Below, piece by piece: positions 41,185 through 49,177 of a stretch of DNA of 49,177 nt. Made by a program: the position numbers and the translations under genes. The DNA comes from a virus (lineage: Duplodnaviria; Caudoviricetes): the IMG/VR virus record IMGVR_UViG_3300016654_000037, positions 1-49,177 of that record. One strand, written 5' to 3'. How positions within the stretch are numbered: position 1 is the first letter of the stretch; every line of letters begins with the position of its first letter. The notes below the pieces were generated by a model, which ran no database searches, was not told where the DNA came from, and saw nothing but the letters and a program-made list of their open reading frames with translations.

Positions 41185-41213
41185 AAAACAAAAAACCCCG
41201 CCAAAGCGGGGTT
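41185..41213 (-). terminator. Rho-independent terminator after the major capsid gene
   Basis: AACCCCGC-TTTG-GCGGGGTT followed by TTTTGTTTT. Confidence 0.9.
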
Positions 41214-41238
41214 CTCTGCGCTAAGTGCTTGATTTATA

Positions 41239-42147
41239 TCAAGCCCCCTGGCTGCCAAAGATACCGAGAGGATCTGAGACCCCGAATGAGTACCGTTCAC
41301 GGGCTTTATAGCGAACGTTTCCGGTATCAAAATCACCATCCATTCCAGTAGCCATCGGCACACGAACAAAGTGCTTCAGACCATTAGGAACATCGGTCGT
41401 AAGGAACCAGCCGTTGGTGTCCGTCAGCCAGTGGTTGATCGTATAACCCTCGGGGATAGACCCGTTGTTCTTGATGGCGTTGATGTCGTTGTTGTTGGTA
41501 CCGACACGGAGTTCAGTTTCCAACAGACGCGTTGCCACGAACTGGAGGTTAGAAGGAACAATCAACTTGCGGGGACGTGCTGCAATCAACAGACCACGTT
41601 CATCCGTCCATGCTGCAATTTGAATGACGGCATTCTCAAGAGAAGTCTCATTCAGGTCAGCTTGGGTGGAAGGCGTGTTGCTGTTAGTGCCGCCTGATAC
41701 CAGCGGATGTGACGTAGAGAATAGAGGCTGTCCATCACCGTAAGTTACGGTAGATGCCCATCCGTTGTTCAGCACGGCTGCTGCTTTCACCTGTTTGGTG
41801 TAAGCCATAGAACGTGCCAGAGCTTTTGTATAACGGCCAGAGAGGCTGTCGTACAAATTATCTTCAATCGCCTCTTCGGTGATTGAAAAGCCCATGGCAA
41901 TCGTTTCATGCTGGTAACGGGCGGTCCAAGCTTCCTGCGCGTTGTCATAAGCAATCGCAGCGCCTTCGTTCTTCACCGGAGCGGCAGAGAATCCAGACAG
42001 CTTGGTTTCCTCTTCAAACGAACGCTCAGAGGTCTCGGTTTCGTAGATCTCTTTGTGTTCTTCACCATAACGAGCATACTCCATGCCGAACAATGCGTTC
42101 AAGCCGGGGAGAAGCTCTTTCAGTAGTTGTGCGCGTGAAATAGCCAT
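41239..42147 (-). CDS. Major capsid protein (HK97 fold, Mu gpT-like)
   Basis: MAISRAQLLKELLPGLNALFG...RYTKALARSM...YKARERYSFG. Followed by a terminator. Confidence 0.9.
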   Translation of the reverse strand: MAISRAQLLKELLPGLNALFGMEYARYGEEHKEIYETETSERSFEEETKLSGFSAAPVKNEGAAIAYDNAQEAWTARYQHETIAMGFSITEEAIEDNLYDSLSGRYTKALARSMAYTKQVKAAAVLNNGWASTVTYGDGQPLFSTSHPLVSGGTNSNTPSTQADLNETSLENAVIQIAAWTDERGLLIAARPRKLIVPSNLQFVATRLLETELRVGTNNNDINAIKNNGSIPEGYTINHWLTDTNGWFLTTDVPNGLKHFVRVPMATGMDGDFDTGNVRYKARERYSFGVSDPLGIFGSQGA

Positions 42148-42158
42148 TTATGTTCCCC

Positions 42159-42827
42159 TTACAGTCCGACTGGGTTGTTGTACGCATGACCACCAGTCAC
42201 CACGCCAGTCGCTTGCACAACATACGGTGCATTGAACTTAACGATGATTTCGGGGTAGTAAAGCGTACTGCTATAGGTAAATGCCGTGTCAGGCACCACG
42301 TCAATGACTCGCAGCGGAAGTGTCTGGGTTGTTGCGCCAGAAGCAATATCCACTGCATAACGCGAGTCTTTGGTCGTCGTATTCAAGGTGTTTGCCACCA
42401 AGGCTACGTTTAAACCAACGTCGGTATAAGTAAAACCAGAGGTTGTTGAAACAACTGTAGTTCCGCTAACACCGCAGACTTGGAACAACTGATCGGGATC
42501 TTCACAAACATACGCAATAATGTTGGTGTTGCTAGCTACCGAAGTGTTAGCAATCCAAGCTTGCGAGAATGTGGGTTGACCCGTCACAGAAGAAATGAAC
42601 GTACAGCCCATAAATACACCGGCAAAACCGGTAGTCGGGGCAGCAGTCGTTTCTGTACAAACAACGATACAACCGTTGCTATCAAACTTCACAGGATCAC
42701 CAAAGCCAATTGAGCTTGCGCTAGAAGAATAAATCCGGCGCTGGCGAGTGGCTCCGGCAAATACCTGACCGCCGATCAAATTGACCGGACGCAGCCCATA
42801 AGGGCCATCAATCGTCGGGTAAGCCAT
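42159..42827 (-). CDS. Capsid decoration / auxiliary protein
   Basis: PYGLRPV...GDPV...GVFMGC...DPDQLF. Immediately upstream of the MCP. Confidence 0.7.
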   Translation of the reverse strand: MAYPTIDGPYGLRPVNLIGGQVFAGATRQRRIYSSSASSIGFGDPVKFDSNGCIVVCTETTAAPTTGFAGVFMGCTFISSVTGQPTFSQAWIANTSVASNTNIIAYVCEDPDQLFQVCGVSGTTVVSTTSGFTYTDVGLNVALVANTLNTTTKDSRYAVDIASGATTQTLPLRVIDVVPDTAFTYSSTLYYPEIIVKFNAPYVVQATGVVTGGHAYNNPVGL

Positions 42828-42843
42828 GCTTAACTCCTAAAAA

Positions 42844-43284
42844 TTAACGGAAGTTTTTAGTCTCCGAGCGACTCTGATTAAACAGAGGCATTCTCGGATC
42901 GCTTTCACGCATGAAGTTACTGTTCACCGAACTCATGTAATCAGACCCTTGCTTTTGATAATAAGCATTACGCTGATTAACCATCTCTTGCGGCGCCCTA
43001 CATAACATCACGCCACCTGTTTCAATGTTGCCGGTTTTGTTTCTAACCGTTGGCATTTTTGCTTCCATCTCTGGATAATCTTCCCATTTACAGGCTTCAA
43101 ATCCATCTTGGTAGCGAACGCTAACATTGCGATCATCGGGCTGTCCCAGAAGCGTTACTCTTACCCAGCGATGACGCCAGCCCGGGCGAGGGTCAGGATC
43201 GGGCAACAAAGAAGGAGGACGCCATGTCATAGGCCGTTGTGCTTCTTCACGGGTCTCATGCTCACGGGGTACTTTATTAACCAT
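42844..43284 (-). CDS. Conserved head-module protein
   Basis: Likely start MVNK at 43284. WRPPSLLPDP...RWVR...GGVMLC. Confidence 0.7.
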   Translation of the reverse strand: MVNKVPREHETREEAQRPMTWRPPSLLPDPDPRPGWRHRWVRVTLLGQPDDRNVSVRYQDGFEACKWEDYPEMEAKMPTVRNKTGNIETGGVMLCRAPQEMVNQRNAYYQKQGSDYMSSVNSNFMRESDPRMPLFNQSRSETKNFR

Positions 43285-44152
43285 TTCGTTGCTCCAGTTC
43301 AACCATCTTCCGATAGTATTCTTCAAGGGGGACACCAAGCCGTTTAGCAATCTCAGCTTGTGATTTGCGAAGCTTTATTTGTTTCGGCGGGGAGCTTCGT
43401 TGCACGGGTGCAACCACCGTTGCAGGACGCTTTTTGGGAGTTTCTTCGGTGTCATCCTGAGTCTCACCGAAGTATTCTGGGAATTTCTCTCGGACTCGCC
43501 GATTGATCTTCTCATAATATTCATCTGTCTTGGCGTATTCGTTCCCATACTCACGAGTGAGCTTGTTGTGAACGGCCACTGCCATAGCTGTCATTTCTTC
43601 ATGATCGGGATCACCAAACCACGGATTATTTTCTTTCCATGATTCGGCCCGGGTATCCCTAATAGGCGGAGTGTAAACAGGCTTTTCCTGTTTAGTCAAA
43701 TGCTTTTCAGGTGGTTTAAACGATTTAAGTCTTTCGTGGCGCATTTGCACCGCGTTTAACTTCGCTTGTTCCTCAACTATTTTTTCTGCATCACCGGACT
43801 CTAAAGCCTGTTGTAAAGCTTTTTTTGCAGATTGAATTTCACCGTCGCTTGCTGTTTGCAAGGTTTTAATTAGGGTTGATTCACCGTTAGAAACTCTTTC
43901 CTGAAGTTTTTTATTCTCTTCGGCCAGTTTCTGGGCAAAAGCAATAGCCTCTTCTTTTTCTCTTACAGCAGCTTCTTTAGCCCGACGCTCATCGTGATAC
44001 CCATGTTTAAGGTGCTTTAAACGCTGTTGGACATCACTAGAATACTTTTCAATCTCTTCGTCAGCAATGTCAGGGTTTTTAATCGGCGTTCGGTTTTGAT
44101 CTTGAGGCGGTGTATCGTCCTCAATCTCAACGGTAATTTTCTCTTCACTCAT
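43277..44152 (-). CDS. Capsid scaffolding protein
   Basis: Acidic N-terminus, coiled coil, WKENNPWFG, ends IAKRLGVPLEEY. Confidence 0.75.
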   Translation of the reverse strand: MSEEKITVEIEDDTPPQDQNRTPIKNPDIADEEIEKYSSDVQQRLKHLKHGYHDERRAKEAAVREKEEAIAFAQKLAEENKKLQERVSNGESTLIKTLQTASDGEIQSAKKALQQALESGDAEKIVEEQAKLNAVQMRHERLKSFKPPEKHLTKQEKPVYTPPIRDTRAESWKENNPWFGDPDHEEMTAMAVAVHNKLTREYGNEYAKTDEYYEKINRRVREKFPEYFGETQDDTEETPKKRPATVVAPVQRSSPPKQIKLRKSQAEIAKRLGVPLEEYYRKMVELEQRNG

Positions 44153-44161
44153 AACTGCTCC

Positions 44162-44509
44162 TTATGCGCGGGTAATACCGCGTGGGTCTTGCACAACAGC
44201 TTCTACCGAGTCATCGTTAATCAAACGAAACTCCCTGTTGTGAATCTTGAATCGGGTGCCTGAGTAAGCGCGGACTAAAATAAAATCGCCCTCTTTACAC
44301 CACGGACCATTAGGGAATCTGGTTTTGTCTTTAAAACAATCCGGACCCATCTTGGCTACAAACAAAACAACCGTGCTGAACTCTTCAATCTTTTGCAGGC
44401 TGTCTGGTTTGAGTAGCCCGTTTTCAAACTTATCTTCAATCTCTGGAATAAAGCACAACATCCTGTAACCCGAAGGTTCTGGAAGTTGCGTGGCTTTTTC
44501 TTCAGTCAT
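44162..44509 (-). CDS. GroES/Cpn10-like co-chaperonin
   Basis: PSGYRML...GLL...MGPDCF...WCKEGDFI...YSGTRF...RLINDDSV. Start MTEE at 44509. Confidence 0.85.
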   Translation of the reverse strand: MTEEKATQLPEPSGYRMLCFIPEIEDKFENGLLKPDSLQKIEEFSTVVLFVAKMGPDCFKDKTRFPNGPWCKEGDFILVRAYSGTRFKIHNREFRLINDDSVEAVVQDPRGITRA

Positions 44510-44684
44510 CGTCAATCCTTTCTGCAAGGTCTTTAAGGATCTCATTTGCAGTCAAAAGACCTTGAATCTGACCACAAACGTGCTTGTATTCATCAAATGA
44601 CTTGATGCTTCCTTGCGAGAGCGTCTCTGATAAATACTTGACTTGCTTAAGAATTTCTAACGAAACCGCTTCTGCGAAGGTCAT
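44502..44684 (-). CDS. Small conserved protein downstream of portal
   Basis: FDEYKHVCGQIQGL motif. Confidence 0.7.
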   Translation of the reverse strand: MTFAEAVSLEILKQVKYLSETLSQGSIKSFDEYKHVCGQIQGLLTANEILKDLAERIDDD

Positions 44685-47026
44685 TACTCACCTCGTTGTG
44701 CTTCTGCGGCTTTTTCTAAAAGCCGTGATTGGATTTGCGCCGATGCAATACGTTCCTGCGCGGCGATACGCTCACGTTCTCTTTCATCTTTGCTTTGTTC
44801 AGCCTGAGCGCGAAGCTGAAGGTCTGCTTGAGTCTTCTGCTGTTTAAGTTGCAATTCACCCTGCTTAATCTGTAACTCCATTTGTTGTTGTTGAACAATG
44901 GGGTCTTGTTGTTGCTGCTGGGCCTGCTGTTGTTGAAATTGCGCCATGTGTTTCTGGAGTAATTGCTGCGATGCAGCAGCCACCAGACGCGACAATTCCA
45001 CCTCCATGCTCTCTGGTAAAGACTCTCCCGGCGGGGGTAGGGGAACCCCGATGGTTTCTTCCATCTGACGACGGTACTGAAACCCTAAATGCTCATTAAT
45101 ATGCGCCATCATGGCCCCAAGCATGGCCTGTGCCTGCGGGTTTTGCCCTAGCGTTGCCCGTAATACAGGGTCTTGGATTGCTGTCGTATGAACAGCCATA
45201 TGAGCTTCATGATCTTGATATATAAAAGCCTTTACAGGCTTCATATTTAATACCGCCATATTCTCTGATACAGGGTCTTGAGGCTTTTCTTCTTTAGCTG
45301 CGGGGATAAGGTCACCTACATCTTTAATCCCTATGACATCTAACATCCTTGCATGGAGTTTGGGCATGTCATAGATCTGTGGCGCTTGGGAAGCAAGCTG
45401 TAAAACAGCCTGATACTGGACAATTCGCTGCGCCATTGTTGTTGCATTAGGATCTGACACAGGAATTACGTCTACCATGTCGTAATCCGCCTGTTTAATC
45501 ATCCTTCCGTAGGGCGAATCCACGTCATAGCTGTACTCTTCAGGGGCGTAATCACGAATAATCGCCGCTAAGAGCTTGAATTCCTGTCTCATGGAGTAAT
45601 GAAGACGGGCTTGCACCGCCGACATCACTTTGAGCGTCCTTTCTAGGACCGCTAAAGTCGTACCAACCGGGGTATTTGCTGACAAATCAGAGATTTGCAT
45701 GTCAGCCGTGGCAGCAAACCTTCTTCCTTCCTGCACAATCGTCTGTAAGAGAGTAAAAAGTACCTGACTTGGCTCTTTATAAGGCAACGGAAGGATGTTG
45801 TCTTTGATTGCACCCGACGGAACGTCCACATCCCGGAACTCTCCCGGGCTAATGGGGGTGTCATCACCTTTAACTCTCAATCCTCGGGTCTTCAAACCAC
45901 CTGGAAGGTTGCTTAAAGTACCCGCATCTACCAATTGTCTGATTAAAGACGTACCTGATTTAGCAAAAGCACCGACTAAATGGATTAATCCAAACCCATA
46001 AAACCCAAAACCAGGGACATAAATGTAATGAACAAAGTGCTGACGCTTTAATTTCAGCGGATCTTCTTCGTAATAGTTCCGCCGAATGGATAAAACGGTA
46101 TTACTTTGCTTATCTAAGGTAATCACATAGGGTAAAGCGATCCCCGTAGGTTCTCCATCATCCCCTTTATCTTCATATCCCGGTAAATCTAAGTCCGCGT
46201 GGATCTCCAATATCTTGTATCGGTGATCCATCGTAGCCGTCATACCCATCTCTTCGGCTTTTTTCTTCTCCACATCGTCTAAAACATTCTGTGGTTCGGG
46301 TAAATCCACGTCTCGGTAAAACCCAGACGCCATTAGTTTTTTAACGTCGTTCTCGGTTTTACGCATCACATGGGTTACACGCGGGGAGTTCTCTAACGAA
46401 CTAATCCCATAAGGCACAATGATGTCTTCAGCCGGTACAAACACCGCAACTTGGCGTCCTAATGACGGATCAAAGTAGATCTTCTTAAAAGCTGACCCTG
46501 CTAAAGCCAGTGACCACAATAGCTTTTCATGTTCTGGTCGGTATTCAGGCATCTGTTCAGTAAGACGCCAGTTCATATCTTCTTGAACCCTATCCGCCGC
46601 AGAAGTTTTAGCGGGGGTTACTTTTCCAACAATCTGAGTCTTTACAGGCCCAGCCGCTGGGAACTGCTCCATAATGGATTCACTCTGAAACCTTACCGCC
46701 GCTTCAGACAGGATGGGATAAAACACACCACAAGCTCCGGGCCATGGCTCGGTTCTTTCTTCATACTTAAGTCCTAAAAGGTTTAACCCATCTACATAAG
46801 TTTTAATCCATTCTTTCCTGGCGGACTCATCTTCTTCAATATCCCTAATTAAATCGGATGCAAGGAACTGAAGTTCCCGCTCATCCATATATTCCGCCAG
46901 ATTAGAATCAAAATCCTCTTCTGGCTCTTCTTTGCCTATGGTTAAAGCAAAGTCTTCGGTCTCAATAGTCACCTCTTCAGGATCTTCTATCTCAATAACC
47001 ATCGGGGATAAGGATTTGTCCATCAT
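44684..47026 (-). CDS. Portal protein
   Basis: 780 aa directly after TerL. PWPGACGV, LAGSAFKK, RQLVDAGTLSNLP, Gln-rich C-terminal barrel. Confidence 0.9.
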   Translation of the reverse strand: MMDKSLSPMVIEIEDPEEVTIETEDFALTIGKEEPEEDFDSNLAEYMDERELQFLASDLIRDIEEDESARKEWIKTYVDGLNLLGLKYEERTEPWPGACGVFYPILSEAAVRFQSESIMEQFPAAGPVKTQIVGKVTPAKTSAADRVQEDMNWRLTEQMPEYRPEHEKLLWSLALAGSAFKKIYFDPSLGRQVAVFVPAEDIIVPYGISSLENSPRVTHVMRKTENDVKKLMASGFYRDVDLPEPQNVLDDVEKKKAEEMGMTATMDHRYKILEIHADLDLPGYEDKGDDGEPTGIALPYVITLDKQSNTVLSIRRNYYEEDPLKLKRQHFVHYIYVPGFGFYGFGLIHLVGAFAKSGTSLIRQLVDAGTLSNLPGGLKTRGLRVKGDDTPISPGEFRDVDVPSGAIKDNILPLPYKEPSQVLFTLLQTIVQEGRRFAATADMQISDLSANTPVGTTLAVLERTLKVMSAVQARLHYSMRQEFKLLAAIIRDYAPEEYSYDVDSPYGRMIKQADYDMVDVIPVSDPNATTMAQRIVQYQAVLQLASQAPQIYDMPKLHARMLDVIGIKDVGDLIPAAKEEKPQDPVSENMAVLNMKPVKAFIYQDHEAHMAVHTTAIQDPVLRATLGQNPQAQAMLGAMMAHINEHLGFQYRRQMEETIGVPLPPPGESLPESMEVELSRLVAAASQQLLQKHMAQFQQQQAQQQQQDPIVQQQQMELQIKQGELQLKQQKTQADLQLRAQAEQSKDERERERIAAQERIASAQIQSRLLEKAAEAQRGE

Positions 47027-48522
47027 CAGTAGTACCCCACCTTTCTTCTAAAATAGACGGGATCATCAGGTTCATCAGTTTGCAAACGGACAAATCCACC
47101 TTTTCTAAACCGAATCAATGCTTGGGTGGTAGAGTCAGTCAAGTCGTCGTTGTCCGAATAAGGAAATCCGGCTATCTCTTCCATGACTTCTTCCGCCCAA
47201 CGTTTGCGAGGTGCCCATACTTTTCCGGAGGAAAATAAGTCAGAGACAGCGTTTACACGCACCACTTTATCATTTCCCCGTGATGGTGTGAACTCTTGAA
47301 CCGGAATCCCCATCTGTCTTAACTCATAAATAAGCGGCGCACCAGCCGCCTTAGCCTCTACAACAAATGCATCAGGCTCCCAATCCTTCCACATTTCAAA
47401 GGCTTTTCTCTTTAAATCAGGGAACTCCAGACGCTCTTTAAACGCATCTAAAAGAATGACATGAGCATCCGGACCTTCATCAGGATGAAACACGCCCCAC
47501 GTTGTACAAGCGGAGTAGTCTGAACGATTACTCTTTGTAAACGCCGTATCCCAGCTTTGAATAATAAATTCACAAGAAGGTGGCCTATCTGCTTCCCAGA
47601 CTTTCCACCACTCTCTTTTAATAATCGCGCCTTCTTCAGATGTAGGCTTTTGCTGATATTGGGCGTTCCACTTACTAACGGGCAGTTCAGCTTTTAAAGA
47701 TTCCAATTCCTCTATCGGCCAAAACTCCGGCCACAAAGGATTGCCACTTGGTAAAAGAGCGGGAAGCTCAATAATCTCCCACTCATTAATCTTTTCATCC
47801 TCAATGGATGACTTTAAAATCCTGCCGGTCAAGTCTTTCGTAGACCAACGGGTCATCACAATAACAATAGACCCCCCAGGCTGGAGACGCTGTCTTGGGC
47901 CTGACGTATACCACTCATAGACCGAATCAAAAATGCCGGGATCGGTCATGGCTAACTTAGCCTCTTGCTCCGAATGAGGATCATCAATAATAAGAAGATC
48001 CGCACCTTTACCGGTTACAGCACCGCCCACACCAATAGCAAAATACTCCCCGCCGTGATTAGTACTCCAACGACCAGCAGCCTTACTATCAGCCTGAAGT
48101 CCGACATTTGGAAAGACTTCCTTATATACATCCGCCCCAACAAGGTTCCTAACTTTCCTGCCAAACCCTACTGCTAACTCAGCCGTATGAGAAGTCTGTA
48201 TCACCTTCTTTTGGGGGAATCGGCCTAAGAACCAACTAGGCAATAAAAAGGAAGCAAACTCACTCTTTGTATGTCTAGGTGGCATATTAATGATCACCCG
48301 CTTTAAATCACCACTAGCGATCCTTTCAAACTTATCCGCCATTAACTTGTGATGTCTTCCAGCAATAAACCCGGGCCACATCTTCTTCACATAATGCAGA
48401 AAGCTATGCTGAGATCTTTCTCTATCCCTAGCACCTTTGTATTCATCTAATAACTTCAACACCTCCGCCTGTTTTTCCACAGGTAGATGCGGAAGTTTCT
48501 TTAAGACCTGATCCAAGTTCAT
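47026..48522 (-). CDS. terL: Terminase large subunit
   Basis: Walker A-like MPPRHTKS, Walker B LLIIDD, QSWDTA and DDLTDS RNaseH-like nuclease motifs. Confidence 0.95.
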   Translation of the reverse strand: MNLDQVLKKLPHLPVEKQAEVLKLLDEYKGARDRERSQHSFLHYVKKMWPGFIAGRHHKLMADKFERIASGDLKRVIINMPPRHTKSEFASFLLPSWFLGRFPQKKVIQTSHTAELAVGFGRKVRNLVGADVYKEVFPNVGLQADSKAAGRWSTNHGGEYFAIGVGGAVTGKGADLLIIDDPHSEQEAKLAMTDPGIFDSVYEWYTSGPRQRLQPGGSIVIVMTRWSTKDLTGRILKSSIEDEKINEWEIIELPALLPSGNPLWPEFWPIEELESLKAELPVSKWNAQYQQKPTSEEGAIIKREWWKVWEADRPPSCEFIIQSWDTAFTKSNRSDYSACTTWGVFHPDEGPDAHVILLDAFKERLEFPDLKRKAFEMWKDWEPDAFVVEAKAAGAPLIYELRQMGIPVQEFTPSRGNDKVVRVNAVSDLFSSGKVWAPRKRWAEEVMEEIAGFPYSDNDDLTDSTTQALIRFRKGGFVRLQTDEPDDPVYFRRKVGYY

Positions 48523-48746
48523 GTTTGGATCTTCCTAAACTTCACCCCTTGCGGTCTTAACGTCCTCTGTTTTCCTTTCTGTTGCCGTACCGCACCCATC
48601 TCCACCAACCGATTACATATCCGGTGGATGTTGCCTCTACCTCTAGCACCTAAGACCATCATAATGTCATCAATGCTAGGAGAAAAACCATATTTCTTCC
48701 ACCACTCATCAATGACAAAAAATACCTCTAGCTGTCTGGGAGTCAT
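48519..48746 (-). CDS. LexA N-terminal-like winged-helix DNA-binding protein (no peptidase domain)
   Basis: MTPRQLEVF..I...WKKYGFSPSIDDI...L..RGRGNIHR...L...G...R. Confidence 0.8.
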   Translation of the reverse strand: MTPRQLEVFFVIDEWWKKYGFSPSIDDIMMVLGARGRGNIHRICNRLVEMGAVRQQKGKQRTLRPQGVKFRKIQT

Positions 48747-49177
48747 CTAAAGCCTCCCGGGGGGTCTTTTAAATCTCGGTATGCAATATCTATAGGGTCC
48801 ATTTTGGAAGGGGGTGGGGTAGATGAAATGGGAGGCAATTGTTCGGGTGGAATATTGTGCATAGGGCTGGCCCCCTGCACCCCGTCACTTTGCCCCTCCC
48901 CCTCCCCGGTGGGGTCTGCATATCCCCCATTTCTCTCTAGGGGAGCATCATCGTTTAAACACTCTGTCGTCTCAGTGACAATTGATGCATCGTTTAAACG
49001 TAACTCATGCTCTAAGCTCAGAGCGTCTATGTCTTCCGCCTCAATGGTCAACTCTTTGATTGATTGCTCTATCTTTGCTCTGAGGTCCAGGCTTGAGTGA
49101 ATCACTACACGCTCTTTACGCTCAGTGAATGCTGCAACTTCTGTAACCTTGCCAAGCATTTGTAGAGCGTTGATACG
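48743..49177 (-). CDS. Terminase small subunit, C-terminal part (5'-truncated)
   Basis: Frame is open to the window end (RINALQMLGKVTEVAAF), matching the TerS ALxLLGK-type motif. Lies upstream of terL. Confidence 0.65.
   Translation of the reverse strand, partial: RINALQMLGKVTEVAAFTERKERVVIHSSLDLRAKIEQSIKELTIEAEDIDALSLEHELRLNDASIVTETTECLNDDAPLERNGGYADPTGEGEGQSDGVQGASPMHNIPPEQLPPISSTPPPSKMDPIDIAYRDLKDPPGGFR

Noticed and set aside
41181-41369. Alternative-frame ORF over the capsid 3' end as a T7 10B-like frameshift extension
   Set aside because: No canonical slippery heptamer, and the extension would be about 20 aa and run through the terminator.
1-49177. Stop-codon reassignment, introns/inteins, or prophage att sites
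   Set aside because: Genes are long and tightly packed under code 11 with all three stops used. TerL, portal and MCP are uninterrupted. No integrase, tRNA or host genes are present.

Overview
This window is a large piece of a tailed dsDNA phage genome with podovirus-like gene content. The gene repertoire resembles uncultured freshwater proteobacterial phages, but the host cannot be determined from sequence. Positions 1-4.9 kb (+ strand) hold tightly packed small early or accessory genes (DUF3310, XRE-HTH fusion, wHTH, nuclease-like genes). Positions 4.9-49.2 kb (- strand) form one long late module. Read right to left it has: partial terminase small subunit, LexA-like HTH, terminase large subunit, portal, GroES, scaffold, capsid-associated genes, major capsid, an HNH endonuclease, a structured 5' leader, a cluster of small basic GG-motif proteins interrupted by a 2344-aa repeat-rich protein, adaptor and tail genes, tail fibres with a 2OG-Fe(II) oxygenase, a holin/HNH/lysozyme block, tail nozzle, ejection proteins and a 2506-aa polyvalent protein. 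No replication module, integrase, tRNA, CRISPR array or reverse transcriptase is visible. The most interesting signals not explained by standard annotation are: (1) a compact double-pseudoknot RNA that starts at a well-formed sigma70 promoter and ends at an RBS (40443-40556); (2) about 23 copies of the palindrome GTTTAAAC in all three reading frames, where about 1 is expected; (3) a hydrophobic-x-x-GG tag shared by many otherwise unrelated late proteins; (4) effector cassettes separated by FAR linkers in the polyvalent protein; (5) a toxin-like cassette in the 2344-aa protein; (6) a T4-like RBS-occluding hairpin on the capsid-adjacent HNH gene; and (7) a G-quadruplex-like tract in terS. All motif counts were done by eye and family names come from recognised motifs, not database searches.
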